DNA of 64,000 nt. Source: a virus. This document shows positions 1-9,074 of the stretch, piece by piece. The stretch spans positions 27,462-91,461 of IMG/VR virus record IMGVR_UViG_3300042937_000802; one strand, written 5' to 3'. How positions within the stretch are numbered: position 1 is the stretch's first letter; each line of letters starts with the position of its first letter. The translations under genes were made by a program, and so were the position numbers. The notes beneath the pieces are model-generated. The model did no database searches. It was not told the DNA's origin and saw nothing but the letters and a program-made list of their open reading frames with translations.

Positions 1-2
1 AT

Positions 3-2417
3 AATGAATTTGATGTTGCAATTGATCCTAATAATATTAATTCATTTGCAGTAGAACTAAATGGTATAACCTATGTTAATTTAAACAGATGGTGTCAATA
101 TTCATCGACTCAAGAAGTTCCACCCGCAGATAAAAGATGTAAATTACTTGATCCAGAAAATTTAGATGTTGATCTTCCTATTTTTACAAATATTGGTTCT
201 GGTAATTATCACAGTGTTGCTATTCAAAGTGATAATCAAGTTAGAGTGTGGGGAAAATACTTATATTTAAATCCACTTGGAACACCATATGGCACTCCAT
301 ATGATACTTTTGTTCCAGCTGAAGTTAAAGCATTGGCTGACAAATGGGATGTTTCATATTATGGGGCATCAGAATTGCCTTCGGGAGATTATAGTTATAT
401 CTCTAAAGGTGCTACACTAGCATCTATACACAGTGAAAATGATACATTTCTTTTTGCTGATGGTGGTCCAGATTATAGTATGGTTGCAAATAACAATACA
501 GTATATGTCTGGGGTAGAACGGAAATGCTCCCAACTTGGAAGTCTACGGATACTGAATCAACTTTTGGTAGTTGGAGTAAATCATTTGACGGAGAAATTA
601 TAAGAATTACTGCTGGTGCAAATGGATTTGCTGTTTTATATAAATTAAATAATGAAACTTCAAATGCTGGTTTTGGAAATAATAATTATAGAGTAAATAA
701 AACTTATATATGGACTCGTAAAGGACAAGAAACTCCACCCGATGGTGATAAATATGGTTTAATACCAACAGATGATGAAGATATAAGTGAATTTGGTTAT
801 AGTGATATAGCATTTGGTTACGGGCATGCAATAGCACTAAAATATGCTAATATTGCAGCACCCACATGGGATTACGATGACTTTAAAGATCCAGAGGCAA
901 AAAAGAATCAATTTTTAGCTGGATCTTCAAATATTCCAAAATATTTTAAAAGACAAGCATTTTTTAGAGCAGTTCCCGGAGCTTGGGATTTTTCAAAATG
1001 GTTATGGGGTGGATATTGTAGTTTTGCAGCAGAAGGATTCGAAGCAAATAACCCAGTACTGGCCAGAGATCTTTGTAGTGTATTGGGTGAACCAGATCCA
1101 ACAGATGCAACTGGTTTAAGAAATGACAACTATTCATATAGTGGTCATCCTGAATATTATTGGATGAGTCCTTTGTTAAGACGTTATCAAAACTTTGTTC
1201 CCAACCACAGTGTGCAACCATCTCCCGAGACAAATGAATGTTTAACATATGCTGCATTTGGTAGCGCTATTACTAATCCAGATCTTGCTGGAATGAATAG
1301 TGGAGTAAACGGAGCAGCATCTTCATGTCCTGAAAAAGCAGACGTTTGTTGGCAGGCAACCGGATTACCTCAACAGAGAACAAGTACATATTGGGCACCG
1401 CAAAACCCAGACTGTAATGGTGTGTGTGATAATTCGTGTGATAGAAGTGCTTGTATTAGAAATTGTTGTCCCCTTGCATCAGAAACTACTCTAGCTGCTA
1501 CATGTACACAGTGTATTGGTAGAATAGGATTTAATTCTAGTAAAGATTACTTTATACAATCGTATAAAAATTTTAGTAAACAAAGGGAATGTTGTAGAGT
1601 AATTTATACAAATATAAGTTATGTTAATTATGCATCACGATTAACATATTTTGGATGGGATAGTGCATCTGCTACTTTTAAAATATTTTTTACAAAAGAT
1701 CCATATAGATTTAGTGATCTTATTCCAAGTAATGCCAATACTTCATATAAACTTGCTAATGGTTTAATATATCCTTATGTATATCTTGGTGGTGAGATAT
1801 TAAGAAAATTATGGTCATCTTTTTTTACTGCTATATATGGAGATGATGGAACTGGAAGAACATGTGAAAATACTGGAGATGTATGTTTAGCAAGAAATCC
1901 AAAAGAAACAATTTTGGGACCAGGTGGTTGGTTATGGGCGAGTACTAATAGTCCAACTGGAAGACCTTCGACAAACGAACAGGGTGATTTTGTCAATAGC
2001 ATATGGTCTTATCCTGTAGCTGCTCCATTAGTATCACCTTATGCTCTTTTAGGTGCATATACATATGGTGGTACATCAACCGGTGCAATAGTACCAGATG
2101 GATCTACAATACCAACTGACATAAAAATATTTAATCCAGATAATCCAAATGCATATGCTCCCGTTTATGGTAGTCCATCATCAAAGAAATGGCATAAAAT
2201 AAATGTAACTAGACCAAATATTTATGCTGCCGGCGATAATGAATTCTCAAATTTTGATCCTATAGCATTTCAAGGTGGTGTGGAAGAAGGAGATATAACT
2301 GGCACGGCAAATATTGTATTTTATGAATATTATGAAACAGATAAAGATGGTAATAGAGTAAGAAATATAATTATAAAATCTGGTAATATAAATTGCATTG
2401 GCATTGACGACGGATAA
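3..2417 (+). CDS. Large virion-associated protein with RCC1/BLIP-II-like repeats and a Cys-rich segment (5'-truncated)
   Basis: Frame is open from position 3, in frame with the GTG at 246. RCC1-like units: IGSGNYHSVAIQSDNQVRVWG, DGGPDYSMVANNNTVYVWG, IAFGYGHAIAL. Cys cluster: CNGVCDNSCDRSACIRNCC. Confidence 0.6.
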   Translation, partial: NEFDVAIDPNNINSFAVELNGITYVNLNRWCQYSSTQEVPPADKRCKLLDPENLDVDLPIFTNIGSGNYHSVAIQSDNQVRVWGKYLYLNPLGTPYGTPYDTFVPAEVKALADKWDVSYYGASELPSGDYSYISKGATLASIHSENDTFLFADGGPDYSMVANNNTVYVWGRTEMLPTWKSTDTESTFGSWSKSFDGEIIRITAGANGFAVLYKLNNETSNAGFGNNNYRVNKTYIWTRKGQETPPDGDKYGLIPTDDEDISEFGYSDIAFGYGHAIALKYANIAAPTWDYDDFKDPEAKKNQFLAGSSNIPKYFKRQAFFRAVPGAWDFSKWLWGGYCSFAAEGFEANNPVLARDLCSVLGEPDPTDATGLRNDNYSYSGHPEYYWMSPLLRRYQNFVPNHSVQPSPETNECLTYAAFGSAITNPDLAGMNSGVNGAASSCPEKADVCWQATGLPQQRTSTYWAPQNPDCNGVCDNSCDRSACIRNCCPLASETTLAATCTQCIGRIGFNSSKDYFIQSYKNFSKQRECCRVIYTNISYVNYASRLTYFGWDSASATFKIFFTKDPYRFSDLIPSNANTSYKLANGLIYPYVYLGGEILRKLWSSFFTAIYGDDGTGRTCENTGDVCLARNPKETILGPGGWLWASTNSPTGRPSTNEQGDFVNSIWSYPVAAPLVSPYALLGAYTYGGTSTGAIVPDGSTIPTDIKIFNPDNPNAYAPVYGSPSSKKWHKINVTRPNIYAAGDNEFSNFDPIAFQGGVEEGDITGTANIVFYEYYETDKDGNRVRNIIIKSGNINCIGIDDG

Positions 2418-2420
2418 AGA

Positions 2421-2428
2421 TATAAATA
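2421..2428 (+). promoter_or_regulatory. T4-type late promoter
   Basis: Exact intergenic TATAAATA; gp55 and gp33 are encoded in the window. Confidence 0.65.
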
Positions 2429-2444
2429 AAAATGGAGTGTATAT

Positions 2445-2933
2445 ATGTTTATTGATAGATTTACTTTTAATACTAATGTAACTGAAGATGGAAGAGGTTC
2501 TACGGTAGCGATACCAAACTATGAAAATCCAAAAGATAAAATGTATCCAAATTTTATCTTTAAAAAACGATTATCATATGAATTTAAAATTGAAAAAATG
2601 TTTGGTATTGTAAAGAAGTATGTTGGATTTGGTGATATAATTGAATATATAACCAAACATACTGGAATAAAATACCTTATTGTTAAAATAACAAAAGGCA
2701 ATTGTGGTTGTGAAAAAAGAAGAAAACGTTTTAATGCGTTGCTGCAAATACCTTATTTTTCTTTTTATTATAAAGATACCACTATTTTAGATGTTGACAA
2801 TTCAATAAAACATGTTAATATGTTTACATCAAACACCCCGCCAATGGATGAAAATATGCAAAAAGAAATTCTTTCCAAAAGAAAACCATGTGGATGTGGT
2901 GCTAAAATGACACGACCTGTGGAGACAAAGTGA
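2445..2933 (+). CDS. Hypothetical phage protein with CGC motifs
   Basis: GFGDIIEYITKHTGIK...NCGCEKRRKRFN resembles a small aquatic-phage family; C-terminal KPCGCG; SD GGAG upstream. Confidence 0.65.
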   Translation: MFIDRFTFNTNVTEDGRGSTVAIPNYENPKDKMYPNFIFKKRLSYEFKIEKMFGIVKKYVGFGDIIEYITKHTGIKYLIVKITKGNCGCEKRRKRFNALLQIPYFSFYYKDTTILDVDNSIKHVNMFTSNTPPMDENMQKEILSKRKPCGCGAKMTRPVETK

Positions 2934-3202
2934 AAATTAAATTTATAAAAATATCGCAAAGTGAAGAGATAATTGCCGAGTGCACAGATAAAAACAACGG
3001 TGTCTTTATTAAAGACGCTGCTGTCATTGTATCTTTAGAATTGGGAAAAATTAATCTTGTAACTTGGTTACCTTATACAAAAGTACAAGATGGTTTTTTT
3101 CTTCCAGAAAAAGCCTACTTGTTCATAGCAGATGTTCAAGATGACATGGCTGAGTATTACAATAAATGGCGTACTGAACCTTTTGCACTTAATAAAAATT
3201 AA
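2930..3202 (+). CDS. Small T4-like conserved protein (Sm-like fold)
   Basis: IKISQSEEIIAE...WLPY pattern is typical of small T4-like Sm-like proteins; GTGA overlap with the previous gene. Confidence 0.55.
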   Translation: MKIKFIKISQSEEIIAECTDKNNGVFIKDAAVIVSLELGKINLVTWLPYTKVQDGFFLPEKAYLFIADVQDDMAEYYNKWRTEPFALNKN

Positions 3203-4509
3203 GCAATATTTATTCTAAGAACATTTGTTGTGTTCTTTTTAATTTGCATGAATATGGTCTTTGAAGAGTATGCTCTGTCTACCATATAGATAAAGGATGC
3301 TCCTTCGTAGCCAGGTTCGCCTAAAAGATAATAATTTTCAATTAAAGGTTGAGTGCAGTTACTGTCTAAAAATAGATTTATTACAGCACTTTTATTTTCC
3401 GCATGTGAAAGATCAATTTTAATTGGAGCAACTGCAGTATTACTGTTAATTGATAATGTTTCCGTTTCACTATTATCAATATAAATTACATCATTATATT
3501 GGTTGGTTCCAAGAAACTCTGAAATATTAAAACCATCAGTATTAAAAGAAATAAAATACGAAGTTTTGATTTTTAATATAAAGATATTTGAGTAAGAAAT
3601 AGAAATATTTTTATAATCTACAATGCTTTCTGTATTGGCATTGATTGTCTTTAATGTGCTATTCGGATAATAGTAATATACATTTGCAGTATCTAGTTGT
3701 TGTCTTAATGCATGTTGTAAAATGTTTTGGTTTTCCAATAACATTGAAACAATACCAGAAGTTGCTCCAGCAATTTTAATTACACCATTTTGCAATGGAT
3801 TCGTAGCCAACACAGCTAGCGAAGGAAGACCTCTGTGCAATATATCAACTTGAGATTTATTAAAAAATCTATTTTCATTGGTTACTGGATTTGTAAGATA
3901 AATTACTTCTGTATTATCATTTAACTTTACGTAATTTTTTACTTTAAGTCTTCCAGAGTTTAATGTACTACCAATAACTTCTACGTATTCTTCAAATCCA
4001 TAATCTGAACCATATACTCCAAAGAAATCAAAATTTAATGGACTGCTTCTAGGTGTATTTGATATTAACATATGGGCAGTATTGCCCGTTGTTGCAGTAA
4101 ACTGTATAGGATTTGTAAAATTTTTACTTACGTAATATCCACCAGTAAGAGCTGCAGTGCCCGTAACACCAGAGCACGAGATATATTGTTTAAAAGTTCC
4201 AGATACACTTTGTAACTGCAATGTACCATTCCAGTTTATACTGGAAGAAGTAGCATCGTTGTAATATACTCCACTAGAAAAATTAAAAGTACTTCCAGTT
4301 GTAAGCCCATTGAAGAATTTATTTAAAAACTTTAAATCATTTCCAGTTTTTACTTCAGAATAATCAAAGAACAACGAGTTACCAGTAACAAAAATATTAG
4401 CAGAACCATTCAGATTACCTTTTGTAAAACAAGGATCTGCCGTATTACCAACAAATTGTGTTGTGTATGAATACGATGTTTTTGCTGTATTTAACGAAAA
4501 TAAAGACAT
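3199..4509 (-). CDS. Putative virion structural protein (Gly/Thr/Ser/Asn-rich)
   Basis: 436-aa ORF with beta-rich composition, directly downstream of 4511..5458. Confidence 0.6.
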   Translation of the reverse strand: MSLFSLNTAKTSYSYTTQFVGNTADPCFTKGNLNGSANIFVTGNSLFFDYSEVKTGNDLKFLNKFFNGLTTGSTFNFSSGVYYNDATSSSINWNGTLQLQSVSGTFKQYISCSGVTGTAALTGGYYVSKNFTNPIQFTATTGNTAHMLISNTPRSSPLNFDFFGVYGSDYGFEEYVEVIGSTLNSGRLKVKNYVKLNDNTEVIYLTNPVTNENRFFNKSQVDILHRGLPSLAVLATNPLQNGVIKIAGATSGIVSMLLENQNILQHALRQQLDTANVYYYYPNSTLKTINANTESIVDYKNISISYSNIFILKIKTSYFISFNTDGFNISEFLGTNQYNDVIYIDNSETETLSINSNTAVAPIKIDLSHAENKSAVINLFLDSNCTQPLIENYYLLGEPGYEGASFIYMVDRAYSSKTIFMQIKKNTTNVLRINIA

Positions 4510-4510
4510 G

Positions 4511-5458
4511 TTAGGTCGCTAGATAACTAATAATTTGAGCACCTGATTTTGCTCTGTGGGCCAAAAGACTAGAATTTATTATGTCGATGAATAGCGATTC
4601 TCCGGGATCTAGTTCATATCCAAGAGATGTAGTAGATACAGTTGTATCAGTAGTAATGTAAATTACATCGGTATTTGTGGATGCAGCTTTTACATTTATT
4701 CCGCTCATGCAAGTAAATCCAACAAATTGTGATGATGTTGTTGTGCTTGTTAACCTATAAGCAGTGCCACCAGTTGGACGAATAACAGCAAATCCACCAA
4801 GATCACTTCTTAGACCTACGACCTGACCATAGATGGCAGTCATACCACTTAGAATATTTGTGTCATTAATTCCAACAGTGTTGCCTACGTTAACTCCTAC
4901 AGCAGTAGCACCGGAAAGACCAACTACAGTAACAGTAGAAGGAATGGTGGCAGTAATTGTTGCACCAGCAACGTTAACGTTTAGTGCACCATTGGTGTAA
5001 CTTAAAGAATTTCCGGCTTGATCTACTAGATTTACATAGATGTATGTAAGACCGCTGGGCCCCCATACAGAAACCGAATCTGTAGATTTTCCTAGATAAC
5101 GACCACCAGTGACTTCTACTTGTGATCCTGTAAAAGTTCTAACAAATAATGGAGATGAAGTTAGACCAGTTGTGACTACTGAACCAGACACCACCACCGC
5201 AGCACCACCTATACCACGTACATCAATGGTTCCTGTGAATCCAGAAATAGTGGCAGTCATTCCAGTGGCAATTGTTACTGGAAGTGGATTTGCTGAATTT
5301 ACAACTGTCGCAGATCCATCGACACCATACCCAAGTTTAATGAGTTGGTAGTGACCTGTAATACCGCCTGTACCGACAAAATCGGTCGCAATATATGCGG
5401 TTATACCTGCTGTTTGAATTGGAATCGCATCTGATGTTACGCCTGTTCCTGATGGCAT
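4511..5458 (-). CDS. Putative virion structural/decoration protein
   Basis: IATDFVG...HYQLIKLGYGVDGSATVVNSANPLPVT motif and C-terminal GYELDPGESLFIDI; SD GAGGT; late-promoter-like TCTAAATA on - strand at 5488-5495. Confidence 0.65.
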   Translation of the reverse strand: MPSGTGVTSDAIPIQTAGITAYIATDFVGTGGITGHYQLIKLGYGVDGSATVVNSANPLPVTIATGMTATISGFTGTIDVRGIGGAAVVVSGSVVTTGLTSSPLFVRTFTGSQVEVTGGRYLGKSTDSVSVWGPSGLTYIYVNLVDQAGNSLSYTNGALNVNVAGATITATIPSTVTVVGLSGATAVGVNVGNTVGINDTNILSGMTAIYGQVVGLRSDLGGFAVIRPTGGTAYRLTSTTTSSQFVGFTCMSGINVKAASTNTDVIYITTDTTVSTTSLGYELDPGESLFIDIINSSLLAHRAKSGAQIISYLAT

Positions 5459-5507
5459 GGATTAGACCTCGTTAATTAGTTCATGAATATTTAGATGTAT
5501 TTAATTA

Positions 5508-5535
5508 TTGATTATTGGAATATAACGTATATAAT
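5508..5535 (+). promoter_or_regulatory. Sigma70-like promoter for gp33
   Basis: TTGATT-N16-TATAAT, 6 nt before ATG 5542. Confidence 0.55.
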
Positions 5536-5541
5536 AAAACC

Positions 5542-5775
5542 ATGTATATAGATGAAGCAGCAAAAGAAAAATTTTCAAATAAAGTTTTAGATAGAGTAAA
5601 ATCTACAAAACTAAGTTTTATGGATTGTATACTTGAATTATCTGAAGAAATGAATATTGACCCAAGTACGGCTGGTAAACTTATTACTAGACCAATAATT
5701 GAAAAAATTCAAATTGAAGCCAGAGACCGCCATTTGCTAAAGAATGGCAAAACCAAGAAACTCCCAATTGACTAA
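5542..5775 (+). CDS. 33: Late transcription coactivator gp33
   Basis: SFMDCILELSEEMNIDPSTAGKLITRPIIEKIQIEA...KKLPID; adjacent to gene 32; ATG 5542 preferred over TTG 5515. Confidence 0.85.
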   Translation: MYIDEAAKEKFSNKVLDRVKSTKLSFMDCILELSEEMNIDPSTAGKLITRPIIEKIQIEARDRHLLKNGKTKKLPID

Positions 5776-5795
5776 CCATTTAGTTGGGCTATAAT
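5768..5795 (+). promoter_or_regulatory. Sigma70-like promoter for gene 32
   Basis: TTGACT-N16-TATAAT. Confidence 0.65.
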
Positions 5796-5801
5796 TAGAA
5801 T

Positions 5802-5834
5802 AGAAAGGCCGAGGTAGGTCCTCGGGAAAATACT
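5802..5834 (+). promoter_or_regulatory. Gene 32 leader: SD-like AGAAAGG plus hairpin
   Basis: CCGAGG-taggt-CCTCGG perfect stem at 5809-5825, between AGAAAGG and the ATG. Confidence 0.5.
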
Positions 5835-6692
5835 ATGTCAAACTTTGCAGATTTTAAGAAGAAGAGTAAGAACTCAGTCGCATCTCTAACCGAGCGTATG
5901 GATAAGCTCACCTCTAAGGAGAGTTACAAGGACGAACGTATTTGGAAGCCCGGTATCGATAAGTCAGGTAATGGATACGCTGTAATCCGCTTCCTGCCCG
6001 AAATTCAGGGTGAAGATACCCCCTTCGTATCAATGTACAGCCATGCCTTCAAGGGCAAGGGTGGTTGGCTGTTTGAAAACTGCCCCACTACGATTGGTGA
6101 GAAGTGCCCAATTTGTCAGGGTAACACTGAACTCTGGAACAGTGGTATTGAAGATGACAAGAACATTGCACGGAATCGTAAGCGTAAGTTGGCTTATATC
6201 TCCAATATTCTTGTAATCGAAGATCCTGCCAATCCAGAGAATAAGGGAAAGGTTTTCCTTTACCAGTATGGCACCAAGATCTTCCAGAAGATTCAGAGCC
6301 TCGCTCACCCTGAGTATCAGGATGAGGTTGCAGTTGACCCATTCAACTTCTGGACTGGTGCAGACTTTAAGATCAAGATTCGTAATGTCGGAGGTTACGT
6401 CAATTATGATCGGTCAGAATTTGCATCTCCTGCTCCCCTTCTTGGTGGAGATGACAAGAAGCTAGAGGAACTTTGGAAGAAGCAGTATCCTCTGAAGCCA
6501 TTTATTGACAAGAGCCAGTTCAAGAGTTACGCAGAACTCTCTGAGCGTTACAAGAAGGCTGTTGGTGATGATATTCGTGCTCAGTTTACTGAAAGCAAGA
6601 GCATTGAGGATGATGTGGCAGACACAGTGGTGTCTGAAGACATTGAGGAAAAGGATCCTTTAAAGTACTTCTCCGAGATGGAGAACGATTGA
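5835..6692 (+). CDS. 32: Single-stranded DNA-binding protein gp32
   Basis: DKSGNGYAVIRFLP, ENCPTTIGEKCPIC, FWTGADFKIKIR, NYDRSEF; acidic tail. Confidence 0.97.
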   Translation: MSNFADFKKKSKNSVASLTERMDKLTSKESYKDERIWKPGIDKSGNGYAVIRFLPEIQGEDTPFVSMYSHAFKGKGGWLFENCPTTIGEKCPICQGNTELWNSGIEDDKNIARNRKRKLAYISNILVIEDPANPENKGKVFLYQYGTKIFQKIQSLAHPEYQDEVAVDPFNFWTGADFKIKIRNVGGYVNYDRSEFASPAPLLGGDDKKLEELWKKQYPLKPFIDKSQFKSYAELSERYKKAVGDDIRAQFTESKSIEDDVADTVVSEDIEEKDPLKYFSEMEND

Positions 6693-6693
6693 G

Positions 6694-6720
6694 AAAAGCC
6701 CCCGCAAGGGGGCTTTTTTT
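6694..6720. terminator. Bidirectional rho-independent terminator
   Basis: AAAAGCCCCC-GCAA-GGGGGCTTTTTTT between convergent genes. Confidence 0.9.
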
Positions 6721-7168
6721 ATGCCCAATTTGGGGCTGATGATGTTTTAGTTGCTCTATCTAAAAATATTAAATTTGTTGGAGCGATTGTAGGTCTTTCT
6801 ACCAAATCAGTATTATGATTCTTAGTAGATACATTCATGTCATTTACTTGCTGTGCAATCTTCTGAAGAGATGGCATGATATTATCTTTAATTTGTTTTT
6901 CAATATTTGAAGTTTTAGAATTATCCATGAAACCGGTATTAGCCTGCATTGGAATTATTCTGGATTGATTTGGTGCAGCAATAACTGGAGAAACATTTAC
7001 ACTGGTATCCATGGACATCATGGACAGATTTTGAGTACTAAAAGGAGAAGGAGTGACTGAATATGATGGTTCTGTCATTTCTAGTTTTTGCTCAGATCTT
7101 CCTATGGCATCACTGAATACAGTTTTTTCTGCTTCAATGTTTATTTTTGCTTCATTATTATTATCCAA
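6719..7168 (-). CDS. Hypothetical protein at the position of the tape measure gene (149 aa)
   Basis: TTG start with AGGA upstream; follows gp26/gp51; Ser/Asn/Pro/Met-rich. Confidence 0.5.
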   Translation of the reverse strand: MDNNNEAKINIEAEKTVFSDAIGRSEQKLEMTEPSYSVTPSPFSTQNLSMMSMDTSVNVSPVIAAPNQSRIIPMQANTGFMDNSKTSNIEKQIKDNIMPSLQKIAQQVNDMNVSTKNHNTDLVERPTIAPTNLIFLDRATKTSSAPNWA

Positions 7169-7364
7169 AGTGTTGTCCTGCTGTTTGGTTATGTAATTGT
7201 TTTTGTTCTTGTTCTAAATTGTAATTTACCAAAATGTTAATATACACTTCTCTCTCCCAAAAATACATATTTTCGATATCTTGAACACTCCATTTTAGTT
7301 CTTTCATTAAAGAGAAGTTAGTTTGATAGTAGTCAACCACATCAAAGTAACTTGCTGCTAGATA
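7161..7364 (-). CDS. 51: gp51-like baseplate hub assembly protein (not in ORF track); probably reached by -1 frameshift from gp26, or started at GTG 7340 or ATG 7307
   Basis: Manual translation: YLAASYFDVVDYYQTNFSLMKELKWSVQDIENMYFWEREVYINILVNYNLEQEQKQ, matching the cyanophage-type gp51 pattern YY.TNF.LM...E.M..WERE.Y. Confidence 0.75.
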   Translation of the reverse strand, partial: YLAASYFDVVDYYQTNFSLMKELKWSVQDIENMYFWEREVYINILVNYNLEQEQKQLHNQTAGQHFG

Positions 7365-8014
7365 AAAAAACTTAGGAAACCAGATACCTCACTCCCACTA
7401 TTTTCTTTTTCGACCTTGAACCATAATCTTGGTTCGTTTTTTACAAATTCATTAATTTGTTTCATAGTAAACAAAGGGAGATTATCGATGATCTCCTTGC
7501 ACTTTTCATTTACAAATTTATTTAAGTAAAAAACTTGACCAGAAATTATTATACTCTTGATGCATGATTTAGAATAAACTTCATCTGAAAATGAATCTTG
7601 TTTTAGTAAATCACTTAAAGAAGGAGTTGCCAAAGTAATTGTAATGGATTCACCTACTGTTATATTCAATGATTGAATTGCATTTTTATTTTCAATATTA
7701 GATATACCAATTTGAGTTTTTTCTTGATTTACAATCACATTAATCAATTCATCAACACTTTTAGATCTAATTTGTAAAAATAAGTATTCTGCATCAGCAA
7801 GACACAAATCTTGTATATTTTTTAAATCACAGTTGTCTTTTATGCATTCATATAACGCCAATAATGACAATTTTTTATTATCTTCATTAAGTATCAAAGA
7901 TATTTTTTTAGCATCTTTTACTTTAAATGCAGTAAATAAAACTTTCTTTTTACTAAAAGGAAGTGTGGTTTCAAACTTTGGTTGCGAGTCTTTAAATAAA
8001 TTTAAAATATCCAT
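7358..8014 (-). CDS. 26: Baseplate hub assembly protein gp26
   Basis: PKFETTLPFSKKKVLFTAFKVKDAK, DAEYLFLQIRSKSVDE, C-terminal GFLSFFI. Confidence 0.85.
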   Translation of the reverse strand: MDILNLFKDSQPKFETTLPFSKKKVLFTAFKVKDAKKISLILNEDNKKLSLLALYECIKDNCDLKNIQDLCLADAEYLFLQIRSKSVDELINVIVNQEKTQIGISNIENKNAIQSLNITVGESITITLATPSLSDLLKQDSFSDEVYSKSCIKSIIISGQVFYLNKFVNEKCKEIIDNLPLFTMKQINEFVKNEPRLWFKVEKENSGSEVSGFLSFFI

Positions 8015-8030
8015 AATAATTCCAAAAAAT

Positions 8031-8627
8031 TTATAGTATAGAAGATCTAGTAATAGATCTGTAATTCAATACAACTTGATAAAGTAAGGGAGAATCTGCT
8101 TTGGCAGACAATTGAATAGGCAGTGCCTCTACTGGATATACTTCTTGAAATGTCCATAGAGATTGGTTACTTGTTGAAACCGACTGGTTTCCATTTAAAT
8201 CCAAATATGTAAGTTGAAGATTTGCAGGTTGTACAGTTTCAGTATACCAAGGAACAAAAAAAGTATTATTATTTCTATTGTACATAGCATCAAACCAGTC
8301 ATTAAAATAATTTAAAATAAATAGATCGCCAGTGACATAAAAAGTCATTACAATTCCACCAACAAATTTTGTAGAATTGGGAACAGCTCTACCATAATTG
8401 TAGCCTTGTAGTCCATCATATATGTAATTCGTCGCACGTGCACCAAAAGAAATTTCAGATGGATAGACAGTTATATATGATGATGATACTTGACCATTAG
8501 GAAGGTCATCTAATTCGGGCCTATAAATTTTTACAGCATATCTATTGGCTCTTTGAAGACCGCCACGGGCATTCAAATAATTTTTTAGATTGTCAATATT
8601 ATTGGTGTTTATGGGTGAGGATGACAT
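8031..8627 (-). CDS. Tail-tube-fold baseplate protein (gp54/gp19-like)
   Basis: GGLQRANRYAV, YFNDWFD, FQEVYP...L; lies between gp4 and gp26. Confidence 0.75.
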   Translation of the reverse strand: MSSSPINTNNIDNLKNYLNARGGLQRANRYAVKIYRPELDDLPNGQVSSSYITVYPSEISFGARATNYIYDGLQGYNYGRAVPNSTKFVGGIVMTFYVTGDLFILNYFNDWFDAMYNRNNNTFFVPWYTETVQPANLQLTYLDLNGNQSVSTSNQSLWTFQEVYPVEALPIQLSAKADSPLLYQVVLNYRSITRSSIL

Positions 8628-9040
8628 TTGTTATATAACTCTTTTTCTGTTAAAATTTTAAATTCTATATTGTGTTTTTCACAATAACTTTCTGCTGCCT
8701 TCCACTTTGCAGTATTTACTGCCCATATATATTTTTCATTTTTGTTGGCATTTTCTTTTAAGAAGGTTTGTTTTTTGGGTTTGACTTCTACCATCCAAAT
8801 TTTTTTATTATTGTTTTGCTTTATCTCTATTAAAAAATCTGGATAATAGTTTTTAATTTTATTTTCTATTGGATGCACATAAGGAATTGCAATTTCTTCA
8901 GATGACCATTTTATTATATTTGGATGGTCGTCGCAAAATTTGCAAACAGTTCTTTCCCATAGGGATCTGCATACGATCTTTTCACAATCGCCTATGTATT
9001 TCTCTTTGTTTTTTGGAAAAAACTGTGTTCTGTACGCCAT
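8609..9040 (-). CDS. 4: Head completion nuclease gp4
   Basis: KNKEKYIGD..IVCRSLWE, WSSEEIAIPY, YYPDF, EVKPKKQT, NTAKWKAA, FKILTE. Confidence 0.93.
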   Translation of the reverse strand: MAYRTQFFPKNKEKYIGDCEKIVCRSLWERTVCKFCDDHPNIIKWSSEEIAIPYVHPIENKIKNYYPDFLIEIKQNNNKKIWMVEVKPKKQTFLKENANKNEKYIWAVNTAKWKAAESYCEKHNIEFKILTEKELYNKCHPHP

Positions 9041-9046
9041 TTTAAA

Positions 9047-9067
9047 TATTTATGATATTGCTAAATA
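9047..9067. promoter_or_regulatory. Divergent late promoters (gp4 / gp48)
   Basis: CATAAATA on - strand (9047-9054) and GCTAAATA on + strand (9060-9067), 6-7 nt from the respective ATGs. Confidence 0.55.
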
Positions 9068-9074
9068 TTATAGT

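Noticed and set aside
8609-9040. TnsA-like transposase
   Set aside because: Motifs and synteny fit head-completion gp4; there are no transposon ends or partner genes.
8940-9074. N-terminal extension of gp48 from TTG 8940
   Set aside because: It overlaps gp4 on the opposite strand; a late promoter precedes ATG 9075.
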